Assembly: GCF_000281045.1 (NCBI RefSeq)
Contig: NW_008246144.1
Location: forward strand, 74,700 to 138,699
DNA: 64,000 nt
Direction of reading: 5' to 3'
From: Saprolegnia diclina VS20
Lineage: Eukaryota
Part shown: in pieces, positions 11,156-22,900 of the stretch
Numbering within the stretch: position 1 is the stretch's first letter
Layout of the letters: each line of letters opens with the position of its first letter
Made by a program: the position numbers and the translations under genes
The notes under the pieces: generated by a model
Told to the model about the DNA's origin: nothing
What the model saw: only the letters and a program-made list of their open reading frames with translations
Databases searched by the model: none

Positions 11156-12183
11156 CTACGGCGCCAAGCCGAACCGGTCACGCAGCAAGTCGAGGAGCTC
11201 GTGGTCTTCGATAGCGCGACTCTCAACGACACATCCGTTCTCAATGACACTAAACGACCTGTTGCGCAGGGTCAGCAGTTGCTTTCCAGTGCGCCGGGCA
11301 ACGATGGCATACTGCGTCATGTTGGGGAACGGACTCGTAGAGCAGTACCAGTTGGCCATCTCGTAGTCCTTGGCCGCCATCTTTGTGGCAGGATGAAAGA
11401 CGTAGCTCGGGTGCATTGGCTTGTTGGGACCGGTCGCGTAAACCACCGCCCAGTCAGCNNNNNNNNNNNNNNNNNNNNNNNNNNNNNNNNNNNNNNNNNN
11501 NNNNNNNNNNNNNNNNNNNNNNNNNNNNNNNNNNNNNNNNNNNNNNNNNNNNNNNNNNCGGCCAACGACACGTCCATGCAGCCGCCATAGGCGCTTGCGT
11601 GAATCGCGTGGTTGACACGGACGCGCGCGAGGCCATATCGCTCGCCAGTTGCGAGCTCAATCGACGCCGTCGTGCACAGGCGCATGGGCCGGGGCGGCAT
11701 GCCTCGCCCGCCAAAGCCCACGTCGCAGAGGTACGGCGTGGCGTCGCCCTCAATGTACACAAGCAGGAGCGTGTGCGTCAGTGCTTGAAGCTCGTAGTAT
11801 GGCTGCGCCAAGTCCGGCGCCGGGAGCACGACGCGGCCGCCAATTGTATCAACTTGATACCCAAGCGAGCGCAGGACGAGGGCGAAGAGGCCGTTCGTCT
11901 CGAAACAGTAGCCGCCGCGGCGATCCCGAACGAGCTTTTGAAAAATCTTGTCGGCTGCGATCGAGACAACTTGACCGGGAATCGACGCATCGACGTGATC
12001 GGGGTTGACGGGAAACACGCGAGCAGGCGTGAGGTTCTCGAACGGAATCGCAATCGCGTGCGTCACTTGGAGGAGCGTGAGGAGCTCGAGCGACCGCGGC
12101 GCGTACGAGGCGAGGTCGTGGCACGTGAGCCCGAGACGACCCCAATAGGCATCCATGTCGATGCCATCGGCTGTGGACGTCAT
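11156..12183 (-). CDS. Arylamine N-acetyltransferase (NAT family), spans the gap
   Basis: AIPFENL, RRGGYCFETNGLF (catalytic Cys), THTLL (His), DVGFG (Asp); C-terminal DYEMANWYCSTSP and LLRDRFGL. Confidence 0.92.
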
Positions 12184-12679
12184 ATTGTGAATTAAGATCT
12201 GAGTGTTTGCCTGTGGACCAGGACAGGTTCCAGGTGTTGTTCCGACGCTGCATGCATAGACCACTATCGAATACAAAAGAAGAAAGATACATGCATTCCT
12301 AATTCCAAGAATTGTTCGGACGTCGAAGTGAAAGATCGCGAGTTAACGTTAGCGGGAAAGTACTTGTGCTACTGCTCCACGTTTGGATTGATGACATCAT
12401 TACGTCTTGCAGTCATCTCCACACGAACCGAGCCTTCGCGATTCCGTGTGTCGCATCGTGCTTGCTAGCTCGTATCACGAAGAACACCTTCGCCGACTAG
12501 TTCAGTGTACATCTCAACCTACTTGCAATCCTATTCGTGTGCTGTGTAGGACTAGAGTGTTGCGAAGGGAGGATCGAGTCGCATCATTCTACGCTGCCAC
12601 GTCATGGCACACAATACCTGTCCAATTCGATAATGCACTTTCTGAAAACCTCTGTCTTTTGATATTGCGCGGTGGCTCC

Positions 12680-14177
12680 ATGGACCAAATTGACCGAACG
12701 TGCCATGGCCAGGCGCGCGAGCTCTACACGCGGGTCGTCCACGAGATCTGCGGCGAAGGCTTCGCCAACGACCTGCTCCCAGGCCGCGACGCTGCCTTCT
12801 ACGTGGCGCTGCAGGAGGTAACGCCCACTGCCAGCTCGCCCGCCGCCTCACGACGCATGCGTAGGCATGGATGGCCAAGCTCGCCGAGCACATGGCTTTG
12901 CCAGCGCTCAAGGTCGATGAACCCGCGCCAGCGCCAGGAGAGCCCGATGCAGCGAACGCAGAGGAAGAAGAGACAAAAGAAGCACCTGTGCAAGACGCTG
13001 AGGAAGCTCGCGTGGACGAGCCGGTCGACGTGTCTGCTGCCACCAGCGACGAGCCGGTAGAAGCACCTACTGCCACCGCAGACGAGTCAATCGAAGAGCT
13101 TGCCGTCATCCCAGACGAGGCGCCCGTTGAAGCGCCTGCCGTTCTCCCGGACGAGATGCCGGCGGATGAGCTCATCAACGCGCCCGCCGACGAGCCTTCA
13201 CACGCACCTGTGGACGCATCTCCCGAGCTACCTGTGGTGGTCCCCGAAGCGGCTCCAATGCAAGCGACAGCGTGCGACGCATCCAGCGAATCTGACGAGT
13301 CGGAGCCAGCACCAGCTTCACGCCCGCCGTCGCCGTTGGTCCCGCATCGGTTGCCCCTGATGCGCCCGCCCGTCAACCTCTTCAACATTGGCCGTCCTGC
13401 CTCCTATATGGTACGCAATTGATCACCGCCAGGGACTTGATCGAGCACATTCAACCTGTAGAGAAACCCACACGCCGACAAGCCACCAGTGCCCATCATA
13501 GTCCATGTACCGGCACCGATACGCCGCAAGGAAACACCTGCAAAAGAGGTAGAGAGATACGCTATCTCGGTACCTCTTATGACAACTTTGTGCATATTTA
13601 GCCCCCAAAAAAGAAGCGTCGCGCGACCAAGACGCCGAAAGCAGCGTCCACTGCAGCAAGCGTACCCGCAACCACCGATGATGTTGTCGAGCCAGAGGCA
13701 GCTGTCACCGGCGCGACGCCAGCCACCGAGCTCTCGTCCGATGCTCCCCCAACAAGCAACGCGCCTCCCGACACCAACACAACCAACGAGTCTACAGCCG
13801 AATCAAGCGCGCATACGGCCAGTGTGCCTGTCGTCGTTCCACCTCTGGCCCCCATCGACTTTGCGTGTGGCAACTGGCTTGGGATTTACACGTCGATGGC
13901 CCAACGCGGCCGGCGCAAGGAAGGCATCTACCGACTCGGGCTCAAAGCGACGCTCCTCCGACTCTATGTGCAGGTGACACCACGCTTGCTCGTCCAGCAC
14001 GCCTACGTCCGCGACGGCAACAATATTGTCCGCGTCCTTGTTGACCAGCAGCGTGACGACGACCTCGTCATTCGACTCCCAACGGGGACCACCGAGACAC
14101 TGCCGTATGGGCGTGTGTGCATCGCAGTCGACTACTTTACATCGCGCGGCGAGGCCCAGCTGCAACTGCCGCAATAA
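12680..14177 (+). CDS. Hypothetical nuclear protein, candidate divergent TFIIA alpha/beta-like; about 4 exons
   Basis: Spliced N-terminus ELYTRVVHEI...VALQE|AWMAKL; long acidic Pro/Ala linker; PPKKKRR NLS-like motif at ~13602; C-terminal GIYTSMAQRGRRKEGIYRLGLKATLLRL...DYFTSRGEAQL. Gene is well supported, function is inferred. Confidence 0.5.
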
Positions 14178-15249
14178 GCCAACTCTAAGATCTTTAGTCG
14201 GTCAAGTTTCGCGATGACAATGCATTTCAACGATTGCACGATGGTGCCAGTGACCACGGGAACTCAAATCTCATGCATCCACGATGCTTTCGCAACCTTC
14301 TCGAAGGCTCCCGATTACGTACCCGAGAAGGTGTAATACCTCCGCACAGGTGTCGATGCTAAGTGTCTCTCATACTCCAAAGGTGCGTTCAACGACTTGA
14401 GCTCCATATCTCTACTAGTACCTACAAGTACGTCCTTGCTTCCCGCCGCCAACTCGAAGCCACTCACAAAATATTCCCGACGCACACCTTGAATGCTGGT
14501 GGAGATCTGCACACTGCAGTGCCCACGGTGCATCTCCTCCGCACCAAGTTGCTCGCGCCTTTGAGCAGTTACGAGTTACAATGACGATCGCGTTCCATGG
14601 CGTGCTTCAAGCGACGGTCAATCGTATCCACTGTATCGGATACTGTTCTGTATACTAGAAGTACCGTGTACATGTTGTCTATTGCAAAGGCCCCAACTAC
14701 GGTATACTCGTGGAGCGCGCGAAAGGATACCCAATGATGTCGGAGCGAGTTGCGGCACAGAGCTAGCTGACCACCCACGGGCAACACGGGCTGAGCTCAC
14801 GCCCATATATTCGTACCTACGATTACCCACGAATGCGCGCTGGTAGCGTCGGCAACGGCACTTGACTGCGTTCGCCCCGCATAAACAAGCATGGACACCG
14901 TCCCATCGCTTGCCACAACACGTCGTGCTGCACCTATCAGTATCACTGGCTTCCAGTGCATCATCGTATACACTGTAATTTCCTGTAGACAGGCGGTTTC
15001 TTCGCGTGCGTCGCTGGCACTGCCGACCGGCGACTGCGCTGCGGCTCAGACTTGCAGTGTTGGTTCTGGTGCAGGTTCTCGTGACTGTTTTGGTCTTGTG
15101 GTTGCCGGCGATCATCGCGCTTGGTGGCATCTGATCTGACGTCGTGTCACGGCGCGTGTAACGTGCGCCGATCGCATGCCAGGCCACTGAAATCACTGGC
15201 GCATGTCGCGACGTTGCCGCCACTAGTGAATCGACCTCACAGACCCACC

Positions 15250-17520
15250 ATGGTTGCCATGGTATTGACCAGCGGCGCGTGCCCGTATACGCTGCCGACG
15301 AATGCGACGCTCCTCGTCGCCGACGCCATGTGCCTTCAGGCGCGCGCAACAGTCTGCGTCGTCGCGCCCGTGGCCAGCGCAACGGTCGGCCACGCCTGCA
15401 ACGTGACCAAGACCTTTCCAGATGCGCAGACGACGTTCACGGACATGACGCTGCTGGGCGACGTCCGCAGCTACACGGCGCCGTCGCTGTACGCCGCGAT
15501 ATCATCCTGGTCGTTGCTCACATGCGCGCGTAGGACGCTAAAGGGCGTCGCGGCCACCAGCATCGACCTCAGCAGCATGCAGCTCTCGCCGTCCATTCGC
15601 ACCTTGTAGGTCCTTTGAGATGCGGTCGGACACTCATACCTTGTATCGCTTAGGGCGTTGCAGGGCTATGCGTCGCTGCGTGGCTGGCCGGCGCTGCCCT
15701 CGACACTCACCACGCTGTACGACACCACATATGACTACAGCTCGGAGGCTCATGCAAATTCATGCAGGAAGGTGCTAAATGTCGGTATGACGGCGCCGCC
15801 ATCGGTCACGGCGGCCAGCAGCCTCACGGCCTTGTACGTTCGGAGATTCGATTGATGGCGAGAGCTCATCCTGTCGGCGCAGGGATCTCAGCGGCAACAA
15901 GCTCACGAGTCTGGCCTCAAACGCACTCCCGACGTCGCTCACTAGCCTGTACGCTCGGCGTACTGTCGTACGGTGGACTCATAGAGTCGTAGGAACCTCG
16001 CATCCAACCAGCTCTCTGCCTTTGGCGCGCTGGACGGCCTTCGCTTGACCTCGCTGTATGCTCACAACTTTAGTCCAACGGCTGATATATGGACGTAGCA
16101 ATTTGGACGAAAACCCGCTCCAGACGATCGAGAATCTGAAAATGACGTCGGACGCGCCGGCCTTGTACGTCCTTCTGCACGACCCAAAGAAGCTCATGCT
16201 TTCATTCTAGCTCGTGCGCCAAGTGCAGTCTCTCGAGCTTCTCGATGGACCGGACGACGTACGACGGCCTCTCGCGGCTTGCGGCGCCCGCAAGCTTTGC
16301 GTTTGCACCGCCGACCAATTGCGCTGGATCGATCGAAGATCTATGGGGCATGAAGGCGTGTGTACTTGGCGCCAAAGCGCTCAACAGTATGCACATGTGT
16401 ACGATGCAATGTCCTCACGCCATGACGTAGTCAGCGTCATCATTGCCGGCTGCATTGGCGCGGCGGTCGTCCTCGCGGTCGCCGCGTTCATCTACTGCCG
16501 CCACTACAAGCACAAGCGCGAGGCCAAGAAGATGGCGCGGGAGAACGACACGGCGTACGTGCTACAGGTCAAGGACCTCCAAACCATGCGCGACATTGAT
16601 TTGCTCGGGGACTTCCGCCTTCCGCTCGACCAAGTCGTGGTCCTCGACCGCCTCAGCACCGGGGACCTCTGGAAAGGCCTGTACGAGGGCCACGTCGTCT
16701 CGATCCGGTACCTCTTTATCTCGTCGTCGACCACGTCCGAGATGCAGGCCGGGATTCAGCAAGTGTTGGCCGCAACCCGGTACATTGCAACCCCACCCCT
16801 ACCCTACCCCCATAGATTTTTCTCAATTTGGTATGGCGTAGACTGGACAGCCGCTACGTGCTCTCGCTGCACGGTGTCTCGTGGACAACGCCAAAGGACC
16901 TGATGCTCGTCCAAGAGTTCATGGACATGGGCGACCTCCAAATGTATCTGCGGAATCTCAACGCGCAGCAGATCCAGTGGAAGTGGAAGACCAAGACGCT
17001 CGAGCAGATCGTGAGTGCGCTCGCGTACCTTCACCACACGGCCAACTTTGTGCACGGGCACGTCTGCGCAGCCAACGTCCTCCTCGACGGCGTCAAGGGC
17101 GCCAAGCTCATGATGCTCGATGCCCAAGCGCCGAGCAGCAGCTTCCGCCACATGGCCCCCGAGGTATTGCGCGGCGAGCCGTTCTCAGCGGCCGCCGACA
17201 TCTTCTCCCTTGGTCTCCTCCTCTCGGAGCTGGACACACACGATGTGCCGTACGGCCATTGGACCGACCACGATGGCTATGACGACCTTGACGACGAGGA
17301 CGACGAGGACAAGATGACAACGTCGCATGACCAAGCCGAGGAAGACAAGCGGCTCATGCAGCGCATCATGGACGGTGACGTGGCGCCCGTGTTTACACCG
17401 GCGTGTCCGTCGTGGGTGCAGTCGCTCGCGACTCGCTGCTTGTCGCCCGACCCGCTCGATCGGCCAAGTGCTGCGACCATATTGCACGAACTCGAAACGA
17501 CGCGCGCGTCGTACTACTAG
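15250..17520 (+). CDS. LRR-like receptor (pseudo)kinase, TKL family, multi-exon
   Basis: Six 63-72 nt LRR-like exons; TM IIAGCIGAAVVLAVAAFIY; kinase fold motifs VQEFMDMGDL, MAPEVLRGEPFSAAADIFSLG, ELDTHDVPY, CLSPDPLDRPSA; catalytic motifs degenerate. Confidence 0.85.
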
Positions 17521-17592
17521 ATCGCATAGTCGTACGTAGTTGACGTTAGAATAGGTTAGGTTTAAGGTTATGACGGAATAAATAAGGCGACT

Positions 17593-18645
17593 TTACGAGA
17601 CGAGCAGCGGGGCTATGCACGTGGCGACCGCGGTGTGGCCGCGCGCGAGGGCCAAGCGGTGCATGTCGCGCGTGCAGCGCAGCTGGCGCGCGTCGGCAAG
17701 AAACGCAACGACGTCGGCATGGCCATTCGCGATGGCCCAGTCCATTGCGAACGAGGTGCGCCCGCCGACCTGGCTGTGGTCGACCAGGTGCATCTCGAGC
17801 GAGCACGCGCGCACCGATGTGAGCGGGTCGTCGTCGGCTTCGTCGAGATCGCCGTCGAGCGTCATGAGGCTGCTGCTGCACGTCCGTCGGTGGAGGCTCG
17901 AGCGCCGGCCTTGCACCTTCCAGTAGCCGTACATGGCCGTCCACTGGCAGTAGCGCCAGCTGCGCATGCGCTCGATCGTGTGCCACGATGCATTGTGCAT
18001 CGTCGGTCCCTCGGTTCGATGAGCGTGCAGAAACGTGACGACCTCCAAGTGGCCATTCGCCGCCGCCAAGTCCATGGCCTGCGTCGTACAACCTTCGTGT
18101 CGAAAGAGATGCAGGAACCGGACGACGTCGAGGTGGCCGTTGGCGGCGGCAACGTCCATGGCGCGCGTCGTGCAGCCTTCGTCGCGGTGGTGGTGCAAGA
18201 AGGCAACGATCGCGACATGCCCGTTCGCAGCCGCCAAATCCATGGCGTCCGTCGTGCATCCGTTCTTGCGGTGCTCGTGGAGGAAGACGAGCACATCGAG
18301 GTACCCGTAGCTCGCGGTAAGGTTCATAAACGTCCGCGAAAAGTACCGAGTCGACGAGGTGTAGAGCTCGCGCAGAAAGAGCATGCGCGAGACCGGGTCG
18401 GCGATCGCATCCAAGATGAGCCGTGCGCGGGCTGACGGCTCGCGCTGGCCCCGCCACTGCCGTTCAAGGCGCTTGATGAGGAAGCGGCTGCCCGGCTGGA
18501 AGGCGGTGATGCTGCGCCAGAGGTCGCGGTTCGTGAGCACGTTACTGGAGCCGGCGACGTCGGTGGCGTCGTCGTGGCGGCGCGGGGCAGCGCAGCAGAG
18601 GAGGTGATGAATCGCGGCCGAGGACGTGGCGTAGCATTGGCCCAT
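17593..18645 (-). CDS. Ankyrin-repeat protein (oomycete GCTTxAMDxAAxNGH type)
   Basis: Repeated GCTTxAMDxAAANGHLxVVxFLHxxRxE units; N-terminal VLTNRDLWRSITAFQPG; an internal intron is possible. Confidence 0.85.
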   Translation of the reverse strand: MGQCYATSSAAIHHLLCCAAPRRHDDATDVAGSSNVLTNRDLWRSITAFQPGSRFLIKRLERQWRGQREPSARARLILDAIADPVSRMLFLRELYTSSTRYFSRTFMNLTASYGYLDVLVFLHEHRKNGCTTDAMDLAAANGHVAIVAFLHHHRDEGCTTRAMDVAAANGHLDVVRFLHLFRHEGCTTQAMDLAAANGHLEVVTFLHAHRTEGPTMHNASWHTIERMRSWRYCQWTAMYGYWKVQGRRSSLHRRTCSSSLMTLDGDLDEADDDPLTSVRACSLEMHLVDHSQVGGRTSFAMDWAIANGHADVVAFLADARQLRCTRDMHRLALARGHTAVATCIAPLLVS

Positions 18646-19979
18646 GCGTTGGCGGGCGAGACGTAAAGTGGTTCAACGACCCGCGGAGACAGCGACTGGT
18701 GGCGGCGCTGATTTCAGACCAGACAGGCGGTCCGCTCGGGTTTCTACTCTCTCTTTTTTGGCCCACCCCCAGGTCCTACTTTTTTCATTTCGGCTGTAAA
18801 AACTCGTATTTTATTGGGACCTGGTCGGGGCCCAGAATATTTTCGAAGCCACATTCGATAAAATGGGTGCATGCAGAAGGGGCTATGCTTCGCGTCAGGC
18901 TGATGGCACATTACACCCTTTACGGCCATGGACAGCCGAGCACATCCAGTGCGTCGACGTCGTTCTTGTTCCCGCCTCGGCGCCGGCTCGTGACGTTTAG
19001 CAAGTTCGAAGGGGCGTCCTAAAGATGCTACTGTCGCAAAAGATGCTACATGGATCGCAGAGATGCACAGAGCTGAAGAGACGAGGCTCGCAAGGGCCGA
19101 AGCGGGTACCAAGATCGCGTCTGCCTCGTAAAATGCGTGGGATACTTAACAATAATGGTGGTGACGGCGCCTTGGCTTTGCTTGGCTATCAAAAGTTGGC
19201 GTGAACGGTCGACTGTCAGCGCCGGGCCTCGGGCAGGACGATGTGGATGACGGGCGTGGTGGTACTGTAAACGGGAAGGTCCACGTGGTGTCGCGCTGGT
19301 TCCCGTTGGATCTGGTTAACGTCAGGTTGCATCAAGAGCTCGTTTCTCTGCAAAACTGGATTGTGATTGGCACCCAGCTTGTCGACCCGGCACCAGATTA
19401 GATTACGGGTCGCGATGCATGTACACTTGTATCCCAGACATAATGCTCGTTCATTAGTTTGAAATAAGACAATATATCTCGTCGTCGACGTTATATTATT
19501 CGATGCGACGCTCTGCTCCGGCCACGTTTTTGGCGCCAAGCACTGCAACACGCTGCAACTCTGAGACGAGCCACAAGCGTTGGTCAGCAAAAATTATTCG
19601 ATAATACTGTCCCTTGCTTCGGAAGTGTGGACCTAAATATGCATTTCCTATATCATGTGCATAGTACCACTTATTTACCTTGACTCGTCAGGGTCGTTGC
19701 CGCCGACATTCTCTGGCGATTTGCATCGATGCGGTTGCTGCCGATCGCCTCTACTGGCTCTGCAGTGGCAGGCAGTGAACCAAGCTCGGCTTCAGGGGGC
19801 CCTTCGTCGTCGCGATTAGCAGTGGTGTGAAAAGTGATCCGAGAGGATACTAGTCCGCAAACTGACATGACATTGTCAGATTTGCGAACGGGTCTGCAGC
19901 GGTTCACCGGATCTGGTAGCGAAACTGCCCGACAGTCGTGTTGGTTTTGCCCGTCTGATCAGCCGCGACCTCCAACACC

Positions 19980-22900
19980 ATGCCCGCCATCTCCATTGGC
20001 GTCGCACCGCCGACAGAGCAAGTCCCAAGCACTCTCCATACTCGGCGCCAACATGGTCTTGCGGCTGTCGGTCTCAACTATCTGCTCGTGTCGCTCAGCG
20101 TCGGAGTCTGGTACCTCTTGTTGCTCGCGCCCAGTCTCACCAACGATCTCTGGCTGGCGGGGTTCACACCGACGGGCTACGAGGCCCTTCTCATCGACTT
20201 GCTCAACGCGCAGTTGGCCGTCTCGGGTGCCGGTGCCTTCAGTCTCTACGGCGCCAACGCGACCAGCACCAAACTGTACAATGTGTCGAAACCGACGACC
20301 AATGTGCTTCCAACGTATGCCCGGACGATTCTCTTTACTGAGCTCACCTCGATCGAGTACGCAGTGCGTCAACTCCGATCGCTGAGCGCAAAGTGGTCGA
20401 TTCGCATTGACGCCCACCACTGCTGGGTCGACTTCAACCAGACGTTTGAGGTCGCGCACTCAGTGGCGCGTCAGCGCCGGTGCCGAGACCTCTATGCCTC
20501 GAATGCTGCCGTCTACATGGAAGCGGTCTTGCGCAACGTGGTGTGGAGTGACTTTATAGCGGCGTGGGGCGGGGACAATGGCTACTTTACTGTTGCGGTC
20601 CAGCTCGCTCTGCAAGAAACGTCCCGAGGCCAAACTTTTTTGGATATGGTGTCCGTCGCGCGCGATACGACGACCCCGGAGCAAGAACTGATCTACTGGC
20701 AACGCTACGGCTTGCGGACGTTCCAGCTGCAATGGCAGAGTCGGTGGCAGGCCAGCATCGTCGAATCCATCGTCTTGCGAAATGCGTTGGGCATGCAGCA
20801 GAACTTGGTTCTGAAGAACCTGCCGCAGGGCACCGGGCCGTGGACGACTGGCAAGCTCTATTGGCTTCCCATCAACGATCTCATACAACCCCGGCGCTTC
20901 AAGCGCAGCCTCGTGCGAGGCTCTGCTCGGTATTTCGGGGCCAATATCTCCACCAACTTGCCGGCCATTGATGTCGAGGTCATGGATGGCATCACGTTGG
21001 TGCCCGGGCAGTTTGCAAACCAATCCGCCGTCTTTCGCACCGTCATTGGTCCGTTCCAGGGCGTCGACTGCATCTTCGTCGAGCCCCCCAGGACGCTCAA
21101 AGCTCTTTTAAAAGCTCTTCACGCGTCCCAGCAGCGCCCCGGGACTCTGCCACCCGCGACTGTGGCCCTCACACCGCTCTCGTGGCGTCGTTTTACGAGC
21201 TTTTACGGAGGCAATCTCATGTGCATGGTCCTGCCTCAAACAACCTACGTCCAGCAGTCCTTTGACTTCTTCGATGCTTGCACCAAGCCCGAGCCACTCG
21301 CCATTAGCATGGATCCAACGGCGCTGCGTCTCGCACGGGCGGCCACCTCCAACTTGAGCATTCGCGATGCTTGCCGCGCTGCGTCGCCCGCTTCTGTCTG
21401 TGAAGTCGCTGTTGACGATGTCGCCCCGCTCTCCATCTCGATCGAGTTGCTTGCGTCAACGACGTCCAGTGTCATGGCCTCGGACGTTGGCTTGATGCAG
21501 TATGCGACCGCCGCCAACGGTACGTGGGTCGTCTTGCGCCAGTCACTTCTCGAGCCATCGTTTGCTCTCTTTGGCTGGCTCTTCCTCATCGATTGGGCGC
21601 TCGGTCGTCGCGAAGTTGTCTCATTTCAAGGCGATGTCGGCACCCTCACGCTCATCTCCAACGTCTATGCGCCTCAGCTGTACACGACGGGGACGGAGCC
21701 GCTCCAGACTGCGACGCAGATCTTGTACTACCTTGTGGTGGCGACGTCGGTGATTCTCGTCGGCGTCGGTAGCATCACGCTCGTCTACGCCATCAAGACG
21801 CGTTGTCGCTTCAACGGTGTCAACCTCTTCTTCTTCAACCGTGTGGTTGGCGCCGTCTGGCTCGGTCGGCCGCTGGCCTTTCTGCGCGGTGCATCAGCCG
21901 TATTGCTACTGAGCTCGGCCAGCGTATCGCTCTCAACATCTTCAGATGGCGTCTCTCGATTTGTCGCGAGTCCGCGGAGCTGGCTTGCGACGGCCGTTGT
22001 CACGAGTGAGGCCACGTGGCTGACGTATGTGGCCAGTGACGTCTTGGTGCTCGTGACGCGTCAGCATACAAGGCCCTTCAGTGCTATTGCGAGCTTGGTG
22101 TCGTGGCTGGTGCTATTTCTTCTTGAAGTCAGCGACCCAGTGCAAGTGACGGGGACACTTCAGAGGGCGTGTGTGGGTGTCGATATGGACTATGGTGTGG
22201 CGTGTACGAGTGGCGTCGTGTCAGTCGGCAGTCTCACTCGCATGGCGACCGTCGGTGGCATCCAAGCTGCTGGTATTGCAGTCTCACTAAGCTTGAGTTT
22301 GATGAGCGCCACCAGAACGACCAGAGCCGGAAAAGGGTCGGAGGTCGAAGCCTCACTCTTGCTAAGCAGCATCGCGCATGTCTTCTTGGCGACCGAGTCG
22401 TCGTCGACCCGAGCGTCCATCGACCACGTCAGCTGCGTTCTCGCAGGTCTCTTACCGCTGCGACTCTGGGGGAAAGCGTACCTCTTTGACGTCAAGCTCT
22501 GGCTCTTGATCCGGGACGAGCTCTCAACGGTGTCACATCTCGCAGTGTTGCCCCGCCCCGTTTTTGCCACCTCCACCAAACGCAAGGCTGGGCCAGCAGT
22601 CACCTCAGTCGTCCATTACGTACCGACTGCCGCGTCGAGTGGATTGGCCCACGCTACCAAGTTCCTCGGTCTCTGCTACGTGGCTTCCTCGATCGTTGGC
22701 TCTATCTCTTACCTCACAATCTCCCAGGTCAATTTGGCCAACGACGTCTTCTGGGCCACCTTTAACACGACAGGAGCACACGCCTTCTTCGCCAACTGGC
22801 TCAACGAGCAGCTCGTCTTGGGCAATACGACCATGATTGACCTACCCCTCGACCGACCGAGTATCAACGCAATGGCGTCGTTCGCGTCGCAGTCGGCAGT

